A stretch of 64,000 bases of DNA from an uncultured Anaerolineales bacterium (GTDB lineage Bacteria > Chloroflexota > Anaerolineae > Anaerolineales > UBA4823). A program made the translations under genes and the position numbers. Position 1 is the stretch's first letter; every line of letters begins with the position of its first letter. The stretch lies in contig CALFWB010000056.1 of assembly GCA_937928795.1 (NCBI GenBank), forward strand, positions 1,364-65,363, read 5' to 3'. This document shows positions 34,676 through 43,994 of the stretch, piece after piece. Below the pieces are notes generated by a model. It searched no databases and was not told where the DNA came from. It was given only the letters and a program-made list of their open reading frames with translations.

Positions 34676-35491
34676 GTGAGGATGAGCGCAAAAAATGTGT
34701 TGGTCATCGAAGATGATGAGATTGTAGCGCGCACCATTGAACGCAGCTTGCGCGGGGAGGAATTCAAGATTACCGTTGCCAACAGCGGGGTAGAGGGTTT
34801 GAAAGTTGCCCGTAGGTTAATTCCGGATATCGTGATTCTCGATGTTGTCATGCCCGGCATGGATGGGTACACGGTTTGCCGTGAGATGCGCGCTGACCCT
34901 GCGTTGGCAGATGTACCGATCTTATTCCTGACTGCCAAAATAAAAGATGAAGACAAAATTGCCGGTTTCAATGCTGGTGCCGATGACTATCTCAGTAAAC
35001 CCTTTAACATCGATGAGTTAATCTTGCGCGTCCGCGCCATCCTCCGCCGCAGCCAACGAGCGCGCCAGACTGTTACCTCCGAAAGCCAAGTCACAAAGGA
35101 GGAAGCCCTCCCACCCAGTGTTCAATCCATTCTCCAAAAAATCAGTTCCGAAAACAAAGCTATCGAAGCTGAGCATTGTCTCATCGTTGGCGAATACGTT
35201 CTTGATACCCGCTCTTACGAAATCTATACCCCTAACAAGGGAAAGCTCCGCTTGACACCGGTCCAATATGACCTACTCTATCATCTGATGAGCCATCCGG
35301 GCCAGATTTTCTCGCCGGCGCGTTTGCTGGACGAAGTGTGGGATTATCCTTCAGACGCCGGCAGCCCAGATTTGGTGCGTGTCCATATTAAGAACTTGCG
35401 TGAACGGATTGAGGAGGATCCCTCACAACCGAAATTCATCCGCACTGTACCGGGATATGGTTATACCATCAACCCTGCTGAAGAGAGTTAA
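34676..35491 (+). CDS. OmpR-family response regulator with an unusually long REC-to-wHTH linker
   Basis: REC domain (VLVIEDD, IVILDVVMPGMDG, LSKPF) and a Trans_reg_C domain (LTPVQYDLLYHLMSHPGQIFSPARLLDEVWDY...VHIKNLRERIE...IRTVPGYGY), separated by about 45 aa. Confidence 0.85.
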   Translation: MRMSAKNVLVIEDDEIVARTIERSLRGEEFKITVANSGVEGLKVARRLIPDIVILDVVMPGMDGYTVCREMRADPALADVPILFLTAKIKDEDKIAGFNAGADDYLSKPFNIDELILRVRAILRRSQRARQTVTSESQVTKEEALPPSVQSILQKISSENKAIEAEHCLIVGEYVLDTRSYEIYTPNKGKLRLTPVQYDLLYHLMSHPGQIFSPARLLDEVWDYPSDAGSPDLVRVHIKNLRERIEEDPSQPKFIRTVPGYGYTINPAEES

Positions 35492-37102
35492 ATGTCCCGC
35501 CAACGTCAAGCGCTGCTCTTTGATCTGATTACCCAAATTTGCCAAGAAAACCTCGAAGTTGCTTCTTTACAGGAGGATTTCGTTGAAAAAATTTGTCATG
35601 CCTTTCAAGCTGAAGGAGGGGCCTTTCTGCTTATCCGCCCCAGCGGTCTGGAACAAACCTTGAAAACCTCCCCAAAAACGAAGCCATATTGGAGTTTTTT
35701 GGCAGACGCCAATTGGCAATCTCATCCGCTTGGCGAAAAAATCCTCAAACAACAATGCGGTTTCATCTCCGCAAATCCCCACGAGCCTAGCTGGTTCGAG
35801 GTCGAAAACGTTCCCCTGCATACCCTGTATATTCAACCTTTATCTTGGGATGAGGAACTGCTTGGTGCTATCTCTTTGTTTAACATACAGGAAAAAAATT
35901 TTACCGAGCGGGATCAAGAACTCATCAACAAGCTGGCAATCTGGACGGCCAAAGCGATTTCTCAACAACGCCGCCTAAACCAATTGAAGATAGAAAACGC
36001 CAACCTCGAAGTCAACCAATGGCAGCTCCTGCGCTCACGAAATATCTTGCGCGCCCTTTTTGACAGTGTCCCTGTGTCAATGTACGTCATTGATAGGAAA
36101 TATAATCTCATTGCCGTCAACATGGACCGTGCCAAACGCGTTGACCGGCCCCCTAACGAACTGGTTGGAAGACGTTGTTATGAGGCGTTATACAACTACG
36201 ATGATGTTTGTCCCGATTGTAAGGTGATTGAGTCTCTCTTTGGTGGCAAAACGACTCATCGCACCAAACGCGAGTGGCAAAAGGACGATCAAACCCTAGA
36301 GTGGGAGATCAGTACCTATCCGATTTACGATGAGGCGAAGCGGGTCGCTCAAGCGATTATCTTTGAGCAAGATGTGACCGAGAAACGCCGCTTAGAAGCA
36401 AGCTTGGCGCAATCCGAAAAATTAGCTGCGGTCGGACAGTTAGCAGCCGGTTTAGCCCATGAGATCAACAATCCCCTTACTGCGATCATCGCCAACACGC
36501 AATTACTCCAGCGAGAGTTAAAGGATGATGCAGACAAATTGGAATTGGTCGATCTGATCGCCCGAGCCGGTCAGCGGGCAGCTCAGGTGGTTCGCAATTT
36601 GCTCGACCTAGCCCGCAAAGAAGAATATCTTTTCGAGCCAACCGACGTGAACCAAACCCTGAACCGTGCCATTTCTCTGATGCAACATGAACTTGTCTCG
36701 CGTTCCATCCAGCTCATCTATGAACCCGACGAAGGCTTACCGCAAATCATGGCAAGCCAAGACCGCCTGCAAGGGGTGTGGGTGAACTTGCTTGCCAATG
36801 CCATCGACTCGTTCGATGATGTTGAGCAACGCCAAATCCGTATCACGACTTCAGCCACTGCAACCGAAGTGCGCGTGGTGGTGATGGACACCGGAAAAGG
36901 TATTCCCCCAGAAAAACTCAGTCGCATCTTTGAGCCTTTTTACACAACCAAAGCCCCTGGCAAAGGCACTGGATTGGGACTTTCGCTTTGTCATCGGATT
37001 GTTAAGCAACATGGGGGTAGTATTCATGTGGATAGCCAAGTCGGTGTCGGGACGATCTTCACCGTCTCGCTACCCATCCAAGCCCCTGAACCCTCCACAT
37101 AA
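35492..37102 (+). CDS. GAF-PAS sensor histidine kinase
   Basis: H-box AGLAHEINNPLTAI, N box NLLANAIDS, G boxes DTGKGI and GTGLGLSL. The PAS region carries C-x10-C-x2-C (CYEALYNYDDVCPDC). Confidence 0.85.
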   Translation: MSRQRQALLFDLITQICQENLEVASLQEDFVEKICHAFQAEGGAFLLIRPSGLEQTLKTSPKTKPYWSFLADANWQSHPLGEKILKQQCGFISANPHEPSWFEVENVPLHTLYIQPLSWDEELLGAISLFNIQEKNFTERDQELINKLAIWTAKAISQQRRLNQLKIENANLEVNQWQLLRSRNILRALFDSVPVSMYVIDRKYNLIAVNMDRAKRVDRPPNELVGRRCYEALYNYDDVCPDCKVIESLFGGKTTHRTKREWQKDDQTLEWEISTYPIYDEAKRVAQAIIFEQDVTEKRRLEASLAQSEKLAAVGQLAAGLAHEINNPLTAIIANTQLLQRELKDDADKLELVDLIARAGQRAAQVVRNLLDLARKEEYLFEPTDVNQTLNRAISLMQHELVSRSIQLIYEPDEGLPQIMASQDRLQGVWVNLLANAIDSFDDVEQRQIRITTSATATEVRVVVMDTGKGIPPEKLSRIFEPFYTTKAPGKGTGLGLSLCHRIVKQHGGSIHVDSQVGVGTIFTVSLPIQAPEPST

Positions 37103-37241
37103 AAACCTTCCTCCCATTTTTTAGGTATTCTTTACTCACCCTTCACGACCAATTTATGCACTTCTCTGCTGCTCTATGCTAAATTCAAGCACAGAGCGAT
37201 GAAGACGAAGAGCACTCTTGTTTGTAGGCAAAGGGAATGCG

Positions 37242-37457
37242 ATGATTCAGGTCACCCGCTTTAACGGCGCAGTCTATTTCATCAATGCCGAATTGATTCA
37301 ATCTGTGGAGGCGACCCCTGACACGGTCATTACGCTGGTCAATCACGAAAAAGTGGTGGTTAGGGAGAGCGTCCCGCAAATCATCGCAGAGTTCATTAGC
37401 TACCAGAGACTGGTACATAACCCAAACTTAGAGATTGAGAACAACGGAGAAGGATAA
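37242..37457 (+). CDS. flbD: flagellar protein FlbD
   Basis: MIQVTRFNGAVYFINAELIQSVEATPDTVITLVNHEKVVVRES is the FlbD signature. Lies directly upstream of motA. Confidence 0.85.
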   Translation: MIQVTRFNGAVYFINAELIQSVEATPDTVITLVNHEKVVVRESVPQIIAEFISYQRLVHNPNLEIENNGEG

Positions 37458-37458
37458 G

Positions 37459-38286
37459 ATGGATCTTGCGACCATTCTGGGATTAGTGCTCGCCATGATC
37501 ATCATTACGGTTGTAATGGTCATGGATGGCGGATCGCCGGCTGAACTGTTTACTCACCCTCAAGCCATTTTGTTGACTGTGGGTGGTGCTTTTGTGGCAA
37601 CTTTGATCTCCTATCCAATGAAAGCCTTAGGGACGATCCCCATGTGGTTTAAGAACGCCATCATGGGCGGACACAAAAGCAATCCCACCGAAGCCATTGA
37701 TCTCCTCGCTAAAATGGCCGATAAAGCCCGCCGCGAAGGTTTATTGGCATTGGAAGATGAAGCCAAGAAAATTAAGGATGAATTTTTACGGAAGGGTGTT
37801 CAAATGGTGGTCGATGGAGTGGATCCCTCACAGGTGCGCGCCATTATGGAGATCGAGATTCATCATATGCAGGAACGTCATGCGCAAGGGATTAACTTCT
37901 TTAGTGCTGCAGGTGGTTATGGGCCGACAATGGGCATTATCGGCACCGTGATGGGCTTGATTTCCGTTCTCCAGAAATTGGATGATCCCGGTTCTTTGGG
38001 TAAATCGATTGCGGCTGCCTTCTTGGCTACCTTGTGGGGCATCCTTTCGGCAAATGTCTTCTGGCTGCCGATCAGCGGTAAATTGCGCACCAATAGCGAG
38101 GAGGAAGTCGCCTATCGTCACATGATTCTCGAAGGGATTTTATCCTTGCAAGCCGGTGAAAATCCACGCATTGTCAGGGAAAAACTGAGCGCCTTCTTGC
38201 CACCCAAAGAGCGGGCCGGCGAAGGTCAGAAAGCCAAGGGCAAAGCCGCGGCAGGTGCCCAGCAAGCTGCGGAGGCTGAAGCATGA
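37459..38286 (+). CDS. motA: flagellar motor stator protein MotA
   Basis: Four TM helices and a MotA/ExbB channel region (GPTMGIIGTVMGLI...AAAFLATLWGI). Start at the ATG 1 nt after the flbD stop, with GGAGAAGGA upstream. Confidence 0.9.
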   Translation: MDLATILGLVLAMIIITVVMVMDGGSPAELFTHPQAILLTVGGAFVATLISYPMKALGTIPMWFKNAIMGGHKSNPTEAIDLLAKMADKARREGLLALEDEAKKIKDEFLRKGVQMVVDGVDPSQVRAIMEIEIHHMQERHAQGINFFSAAGGYGPTMGIIGTVMGLISVLQKLDDPGSLGKSIAAAFLATLWGILSANVFWLPISGKLRTNSEEEVAYRHMILEGILSLQAGENPRIVREKLSAFLPPKERAGEGQKAKGKAAAGAQQAAEAEA

Positions 38287-39044
38287 GCGCACATGGTGGC
38301 GGCGGTTCAGAACGCTGGCTGGTGAGCTACGCCGACTTCATCACCCTCTTGATGGTGTTATTCGTCGTGTTGTACTCGATGAGTCAGTTGGATATTATCC
38401 GCTATAGGCAATTAGCCGAGAGCCTAAGCGTAGCCTTTGGCGGTGGCCCGACCCGCATCGTCGATCCGGGGATTGACCGTTCTGGGGGAGTGGATGAAAC
38501 GAAAGAGTCGGCTCCCATTGTCGTCCCCGGTATCCCCAAAGCTCCGGTAACCAATACCGAGGTAGCCGGCCGATTAACCCAGATGTTAGCCTCTGCAGAT
38601 TTGGGTGGAGTTGTCAGTGTGCAAAACAACATTGAAGGCGTGCTGATATCGCTCAGCGAGCAACTGATCTTCGAGCCCGGTACGGCAAATTTGAATCCAG
38701 AGGCTTATCCGGTGCTGGACACGATTATCGAAATGGTTAAGGGGATTGAGAACGAAATTCGCATTATTGGTCACACCGATAACAGCCCTCCAAGCGATCC
38801 GCGCTTTCGCAACAATTGGGAATTATCTTTGGCGCGGGCGTTGGTGATCGGTGAGTATCTGGAAACAGGCGGCATTAATCCCAAACGCATTCTGGTCGCC
38901 GGGCGAGGTGACACGCAACCCATCTTCCCCAATGACACTCCCCAACACCGCGCCCTCAACAGCCGGGCGGAAATTATTGTGGTCTATTCTGTCAGTCAAG
39001 ACGTGATCAATTTGAACTTGAGCATTGCTCCAGAACAACCTTAA
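38283..39044 (+). CDS. motB: flagellar motor stator protein MotB (OmpA-like C-terminal domain)
   Basis: WLVSYADFITLLMVLF contains the plug/TM region with the conserved Asp. C-terminal domain has IIGHTDN...NWELSLARA. ATGA overlap with motA. Confidence 0.9.
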   Translation: MSAHGGGGSERWLVSYADFITLLMVLFVVLYSMSQLDIIRYRQLAESLSVAFGGGPTRIVDPGIDRSGGVDETKESAPIVVPGIPKAPVTNTEVAGRLTQMLASADLGGVVSVQNNIEGVLISLSEQLIFEPGTANLNPEAYPVLDTIIEMVKGIENEIRIIGHTDNSPPSDPRFRNNWELSLARALVIGEYLETGGINPKRILVAGRGDTQPIFPNDTPQHRALNSRAEIIVVYSVSQDVINLNLSIAPEQP

Positions 39045-39056
39045 GGGAGAAAGAGT

Positions 39057-39632
39057 ATGAAAAATATTCTTGGATTGTTACCAAAAATCTTAATGGGTCT
39101 GGCATTGTTCATTCTTGTTGTTACCAACCTAGCCATTGCTTATATTTTCTTTGCTCCCGATACCCTGCCCAAGCCCTTTTATCCTCTCTACGCTATGCCG
39201 GGACAGGTTACCGCGGCAAGTGCCCAACAGGAATCCGGCGAGGGAGAAAGTGTTGACTTATCGCATTTACCGCCTGGCCAAGGGCTCATGGTCGATACCG
39301 GCAGTAAAATTGTCAATTTAGTTGATCCAACGGGACGTAAATATCTGCGCGTTGGGGTTGTTTTGGAATTTGCCCCAACTGACCCCAAGTATTTTGAGAT
39401 GGGCGAAGAAGAGAAGAAGATCTATGTCAGCACGTTTAACCGAGAAATGGAAAGCCGCCTGCCGGTTATCAATGACATTTTGATCACCCTTTTCGCCAGC
39501 CAAACTTTTGAAAAAGTCTATACCGCTGAGGGCAAAGAACATTTACGGCAGCAAATCAAAGAATTGATCAATCAGCAACTGCCGGAGTATCACGTCATCT
39601 ATGTCTATTTCACCGAGTTTGTCGTCCAGTAA
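39057..39632 (+). CDS. fliL: flagellar basal body-associated protein FliL
   Basis: One N-terminal TM helix. KIVNLVDPTGRKYLRVGVVLEF...LPVINDILITLFASQTFEKV...VIYVYFTEFVVQ. Confidence 0.85.
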   Translation: MKNILGLLPKILMGLALFILVVTNLAIAYIFFAPDTLPKPFYPLYAMPGQVTAASAQQESGEGESVDLSHLPPGQGLMVDTGSKIVNLVDPTGRKYLRVGVVLEFAPTDPKYFEMGEEEKKIYVSTFNREMESRLPVINDILITLFASQTFEKVYTAEGKEHLRQQIKELINQQLPEYHVIYVYFTEFVVQ

Positions 39633-39672
39633 GTTGGTCAAGTAACCCAACCTGATCCGTAGGTGCGAAACG

Positions 39673-40701
39673 ATGTTATCGCAAGCAGAAATTGATGCCT
39701 TACTCGCTGGTGCCATTGAAATTGAGCAGTCTGCCTCCGAAGGCAGCGTAAATCTTGCCGAGTTAATGGAGCAGCAAACCGGCAAGGCAGAAAAAGCGGT
39801 CTCGGAAAAACAGGTGCGTCCTTATAACTTCTGGTCGCCTGACCATTTCTCCAAAGACCAGATGCGGGCTGTTGAGTTGGTGCATGAAGACTTAGCCGAG
39901 AGGTTGACCAGCTCTTTGCCTACCTTTGTGCGCAGCAATATGCGTCCGCGCGTAGTGCATACCGAGCAAGGGCGTTTTCACGACTTCCTTAAAGACCTGC
40001 CGGCTGGATCGCTGTTCCACATGATCACCCTTGCCCCGCTGCCCGGACAGATGGTGATGACCATCAGTCCGGAGATCAGTTACACCATCCTTGAACAACG
40101 TCTGGGCGGGCAAAGTTCACGCGGTGGTAAAGTGCGAGTTTTGACTGAAATTGATCAATTCCTGCTCCGAGCGCTGATCGAACACATGCTCAATGACATC
40201 AAAGCTGCGTGGAGCAAGGTGGTTGCCATTGAGCCTAGCCTTGAAGATAGCACCACCAATCAACACTGGGTACAAATGGTCATGGGTAACGAACGGGTGA
40301 TGCTGGTGGCTTTTGAATTGAATTTGAACAATGTAAGTGGCTTGATGAATATTTACATACCCTTCCCCATGCTCAAACCCATTGCCAATATCCTCAAACC
40401 GCACATCTGGTTCACGGGTCGTAAGGAAAAACAGGTTGACCCAGATGCTCGTCGCAAGAACTTGGAAAACCTCAATACGGTGCGCTTGACCACGCGGGTT
40501 TTTCTTGGCAATGCCAAACGCACCTTCGGCGAGCTGATGAAACTGAAAGTGGGTGATGTCATCCCATTGGACACTTCGATCAACCAAGATGTTGTGATTC
40601 AAATTTCAAATAAAAAATGTTTTTTGGGAAAGATCGGCAAGTCTGGAAAATATTATGCAGTTCAAATTACGGAGAAGATTCTCAACAACGGCAATTATTA
40701 A
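39673..40701 (+). CDS. fliM: flagellar motor switch protein FliM
   Basis: N-terminal LSQAEIDALL peptide, a FliM middle domain and a C-terminal SpoA domain. Confidence 0.9.
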   Translation: MLSQAEIDALLAGAIEIEQSASEGSVNLAELMEQQTGKAEKAVSEKQVRPYNFWSPDHFSKDQMRAVELVHEDLAERLTSSLPTFVRSNMRPRVVHTEQGRFHDFLKDLPAGSLFHMITLAPLPGQMVMTISPEISYTILEQRLGGQSSRGGKVRVLTEIDQFLLRALIEHMLNDIKAAWSKVVAIEPSLEDSTTNQHWVQMVMGNERVMLVAFELNLNNVSGLMNIYIPFPMLKPIANILKPHIWFTGRKEKQVDPDARRKNLENLNTVRLTTRVFLGNAKRTFGELMKLKVGDVIPLDTSINQDVVIQISNKKCFLGKIGKSGKYYAVQITEKILNNGNY

Positions 40702-40721
40702 TGGCGAAAAAGAGGTGAACG

Positions 40722-41114
40722 ATGAGCGATGAGACCTTAGAAATCGAAATGGAACAAGAGAGCAGTCCTAACGGGATACTTCAAGAAGAAACCCCACCAC
40801 CAACAGGGATACGTATCCCTCAACCCTCCCCTTCCCCCAAAACTGGGGAGGCGGCTTCTTTGGATATGTTAATGGATGTCATCCTCCAGTTGACGGTTGA
40901 GTTGGGCAGAACGGAGCTAACTGTCCGTCAAGTGCTTGATTTACAGAAAGGATCGGTTGTCGAATTAGATCGCATTGCCGGTGATGCGGTGGATGTGTTC
41001 GTCAACGATCACTTGATCGCCAAAGGCGAGGTGGTGGTGGTGGACGATAAATTCGGTGTACGCATCACGGAATTGGTCTCACCGATGAGGGAAAGTGTCG
41101 AGGCCGCTCTATGA
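40722..41114 (+). CDS. fliN: flagellar motor switch protein FliN (short form, no CheC-like domain)
   Basis: C-terminal SpoA domain: LMDVILQLTVELGRTELTVRQVLDLQKGSVVELDRIAGDAVDVFVNDHLIAKGEVVVVDDKFGVRITE. Confidence 0.9.
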   Translation: MSDETLEIEMEQESSPNGILQEETPPPTGIRIPQPSPSPKTGEAASLDMLMDVILQLTVELGRTELTVRQVLDLQKGSVVELDRIAGDAVDVFVNDHLIAKGEVVVVDDKFGVRITELVSPMRESVEAAL

Positions 41115-41494
41115 TCACCAATGAGGCTGTTTCCACCTCCGCCTTGTTCCTGAATGTCTTTTTGAAATTGGGTTTGGTTCTGGTGTTGATCTACAGCGGA
41201 GCGATTTTCCTCCGCCGCCGGCAAAACGGTTGCCAACTGACCCATCGCAAACAGATCCAAATTCTGGAGACAGCCAACCTTTCCCCTCATCGCGCCCTCC
41301 ATTTGGTCAAGGTTGGCGGTCGCACTTATCTAATCGGTGCCACTGACCACAACATCCAACTCCTGAGCAACCTTGAAGAAACCGATCTTCTTCTACCTAC
41401 AAGAACAGAAGAAACGCTAAACAATATTCTCCCCTTACCCGATTTTGCAACCTTCTTTTCGCAAAGTTTGCACAAACTTAGAGCTAGGTCATGA
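41111..41494 (+). CDS. fliO: flagellar biosynthetic protein FliO
   Basis: A single TM helix followed by LHLVKVGGRTYLIGATDHNIQLL. Lies between fliN and fliP with ATGA overlaps at both ends. Confidence 0.7.
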   Translation: MITNEAVSTSALFLNVFLKLGLVLVLIYSGAIFLRRRQNGCQLTHRKQIQILETANLSPHRALHLVKVGGRTYLIGATDHNIQLLSNLEETDLLLPTRTEETLNNILPLPDFATFFSQSLHKLRARS

Positions 41495-42273
41495 AGATGT
41501 TCTCTCGCTTGAAACCGAAAACTACCTTAACTTTGTTGATGTGTCTGGTGTGTGCCTCCTTCTTGTTATCCGGGTGCGCTGCCGAATCGCAATGGGCGGC
41601 GCCCGGAGTGACATTGACCGTCGAGCCCGCCGGACAGCCCAAGCAGGTCAGTTCTGGGGTTCAATTGCTCATCCTAATTACCGTCTTATCTCTGGCTCCG
41701 TCTCTGTTGGTCATGACCACGTCCTTTGCGCGCATTATTATTGTTCTTTCCCTCTTGCGTAACGCCATCGGCACCCCTCAAATTCCCCCTAACCAAGTTA
41801 TGGTCGGGTTAGCGCTGATTTTGACGTTCTTCATTATGTCGCCGGTCTACGGGCAAATCGACCAGCAAGCCCTGAAACCCTATACGGCAGGGCAAATTGA
41901 TCAACAAACCGCTTTCAAGAACGCCATGCAGCCCCTACGGGAATTTATGTTTAAGCAAACCCGGCAAAAAGACCTTGAACTTTTTTTGGAAATGAATCAC
42001 CAAGAGCGGCCCAAGACACTGGATGATATTCCTACGGTTGTGCTTTTGCCGGCCTTTGTCTTGAGCGAACTGCGCACCGCTTTCATGATGGGCTTTGCGA
42101 TTTATATCCCTTTCTTAATCATCGATATGGTGATCGCTTCGGTTTTGCTGTCAATGGGGATGATGATGTTGCCTCCATCTTTGATCTCCCTCCCGTTTAA
42201 GATTTTACTCTTTGTCATGGTTGATGGCTGGTACTTGATTATCCGTTCGCTTTCCATGAGTTTCTTTCAATGA
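41491..42273 (+). CDS. fliP: flagellar export gate protein FliP
   Basis: Signal peptide plus conserved LLVMTTSFARIIIVLSLLRNAIG and AFMMGFAIYIPFLIIDMVIASVLLSMGMMMLPP. Confidence 0.95.
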   Translation: MKMFSRLKPKTTLTLLMCLVCASFLLSGCAAESQWAAPGVTLTVEPAGQPKQVSSGVQLLILITVLSLAPSLLVMTTSFARIIIVLSLLRNAIGTPQIPPNQVMVGLALILTFFIMSPVYGQIDQQALKPYTAGQIDQQTAFKNAMQPLREFMFKQTRQKDLELFLEMNHQERPKTLDDIPTVVLLPAFVLSELRTAFMMGFAIYIPFLIIDMVIASVLLSMGMMMLPPSLISLPFKILLFVMVDGWYLIIRSLSMSFFQ

Positions 42274-42281
42274 GGTGAACA

Positions 42282-42551
42282 ATGACCGAATCTTACATCA
42301 TGGGTTTCGCACAAAATGCTTTGGTAACCGTTCTCATTGTCGGAGGTCCGATCCTTTTAGTGAGTTTGGTGGTTGGCAGTTTGGTCAGCTTGTTCCAAGC
42401 TGCTACCCAAATCCATGAAGCCACGTTGACGTTCGTCCCTAAAATCATCGGCGTTGGGTTGGTGCTTGCCATTCTCGGTTCTTGGATGGGACAAAAAATG
42501 CTCTCTTTTACCATTCTGATCTTCACAAGCTTAGCTGAACTTCCCCGCTGA
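42282..42551 (+). CDS. fliQ: flagellar export gate protein FliQ
   Basis: 89 aa with two TM helices. SLFQAATQIHEATLTFVPKI. Confidence 0.9.
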   Translation: MTESYIMGFAQNALVTVLIVGGPILLVSLVVGSLVSLFQAATQIHEATLTFVPKIIGVGLVLAILGSWMGQKMLSFTILIFTSLAELPR

Positions 42552-42567
42552 GGGTGGGGAGAAAACC

Positions 42568-43443
42568 ATGCCAGTGAACTCCTCCAGCGTTTCGACCCGT
42601 CGTCGTTTAGATGAAATCATTCGCAGTGTGCATCGTCTGCGCCCGCTGCCTGCCAGTGCAACGCGCCTGCTCAAAGAACTCGATGATCCCCATGCAACTG
42701 CCCGCACGGTGGCAGAATTGATCGCGCTGGATCAGGCCTTAACGGCCTATGTCTTGAAGGTTGCCAATTCCGCTGCGATGGGATACTTGATCCCCTGTGC
42801 TTCCATTCAAGAAGCGGTGGTGCGGTTGGGTTTTAAGCAGGTCCGCTCGCTGGTTTACAGCACCGTGACGGCTGGTCCGCTGAGTGCTAGGCTGGCAGGT
42901 TATCGTTTGGGCGATCAAGGCCTCTGGTATCACAGTGTTGCTGTCGCTAGTTCTGCGCACTGGTTGGCAACGGCTTTACACTACCCCGATCCTGAAAAGG
43001 CTTATGTAGGCGGCTTGTTGCACGATATCGGCAAGTTGGTGTTAGACCAATACGTGATGGCGGACTATCCTCAAATCATCAGTATCATGCGTGCCAACCG
43101 CCTTCCGATGTGGCAGGTGGAGGAGCAGTTATTCGGCATCGATCACGCGGGTATCGGGGGTTTAGCAGCGACCCACTGGCAATTCCCCACCGAATTGACC
43201 GAAGCTATCCGTTACCATCACGCTCCCAGCCCCGATCTTCCCGATCAACGGCTGGCAGCTTTGGTCAATCTTGCCAACGCCCTCGCTCCCGAAAATCAAA
43301 CCGAAGATCCTGTCCTCGCCGGCAAGATCATCCATCCAGTCGCAATGGAAATCCTTAGGCTGAAACCTGAACAAATAACCCCCCTTGCCGATCGCCTAAG
43401 GGAGGGCTTGTTTGCCTATCAGGACCGTTTGCAGTTGCCCTGA
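42568..43443 (+). CDS. HDOD domain-containing signalling protein
   Basis: LPASATRLLKELDDPHATARTVAELIALDQALTAYVLKVANSAAMG and GLLHDIGKLVLD match the HDOD pattern. No TM helix. Confidence 0.8.
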   Translation: MPVNSSSVSTRRRLDEIIRSVHRLRPLPASATRLLKELDDPHATARTVAELIALDQALTAYVLKVANSAAMGYLIPCASIQEAVVRLGFKQVRSLVYSTVTAGPLSARLAGYRLGDQGLWYHSVAVASSAHWLATALHYPDPEKAYVGGLLHDIGKLVLDQYVMADYPQIISIMRANRLPMWQVEEQLFGIDHAGIGGLAATHWQFPTELTEAIRYHHAPSPDLPDQRLAALVNLANALAPENQTEDPVLAGKIIHPVAMEILRLKPEQITPLADRLREGLFAYQDRLQLP

Positions 43444-43451
43444 GGTGACCG

Positions 43452-43844
43452 ATGACAAAATCTCTGGACCCCGTTCTGTTGATTGCCGAGGATGACCCGC
43501 TCCTGCGCGATATCCTTGAACTTGCCCTGCGGCAACATTTCTCACCGCCTTTCGATATTCGATTGGCTGCCGACGGCGCCAAGGCTCTCGAAATGATCCA
43601 AGAATCTTCTCCGAGCTTAATTGTCCTCGATATCCTACTGCCCCAGATGAACGGATTGCAGATTCTGCAACACCTCCACGATCATGCTCAAAATGGTCAT
43701 CGACCGCGCATCTTGGTCATTTCGGCCTTGGGAGTACGTGAAGTGGTGCAACAAGCTGCTGAGCGAGGCGCAGATGATTTTTTAGTCAAACCTTTCGATA
43801 CCGAAACCCTAATCGCTCGCCTCAAGATGATCCTTCTTCGTTAG
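43452..43844 (+). CDS. stand-alone response-regulator receiver (CheY-like)
   Basis: LLIAEDD, LIVLDILLPQMNG (phospho-acceptor Asp), ISALG and LVKPF. 130 aa with no output domain. Confidence 0.85.
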   Translation: MTKSLDPVLLIAEDDPLLRDILELALRQHFSPPFDIRLAADGAKALEMIQESSPSLIVLDILLPQMNGLQILQHLHDHAQNGHRPRILVISALGVREVVQQAAERGADDFLVKPFDTETLIARLKMILLR

Positions 43845-43994
43845 CGACTACCTATCCCTTAACAATCGGCAACTTTTCTCAAACCTTGAGCTTTTTGCGG
43901 CTTTTTTACGCGATATTTAGTTGCCCTTCATCTGTCGTTTACTGCAAAATTGTAGCGGTCTGAGTATCCTTAGGGCGGAGAAAAAGCAACAGAA

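Noticed and set aside
37171-37205. CTAAA ... CGATGAAG upstream of flbD-motA as a possible sigma-28 promoter; also an imperfect hairpin GCTCTATGC-loop-GCACAGAGC
   Set aside because: The spacing (11-12 nt) and the -10 match (5 of 8) are poor compared with the flgM promoter in the same window. The hairpin has a mismatch and no U tract.
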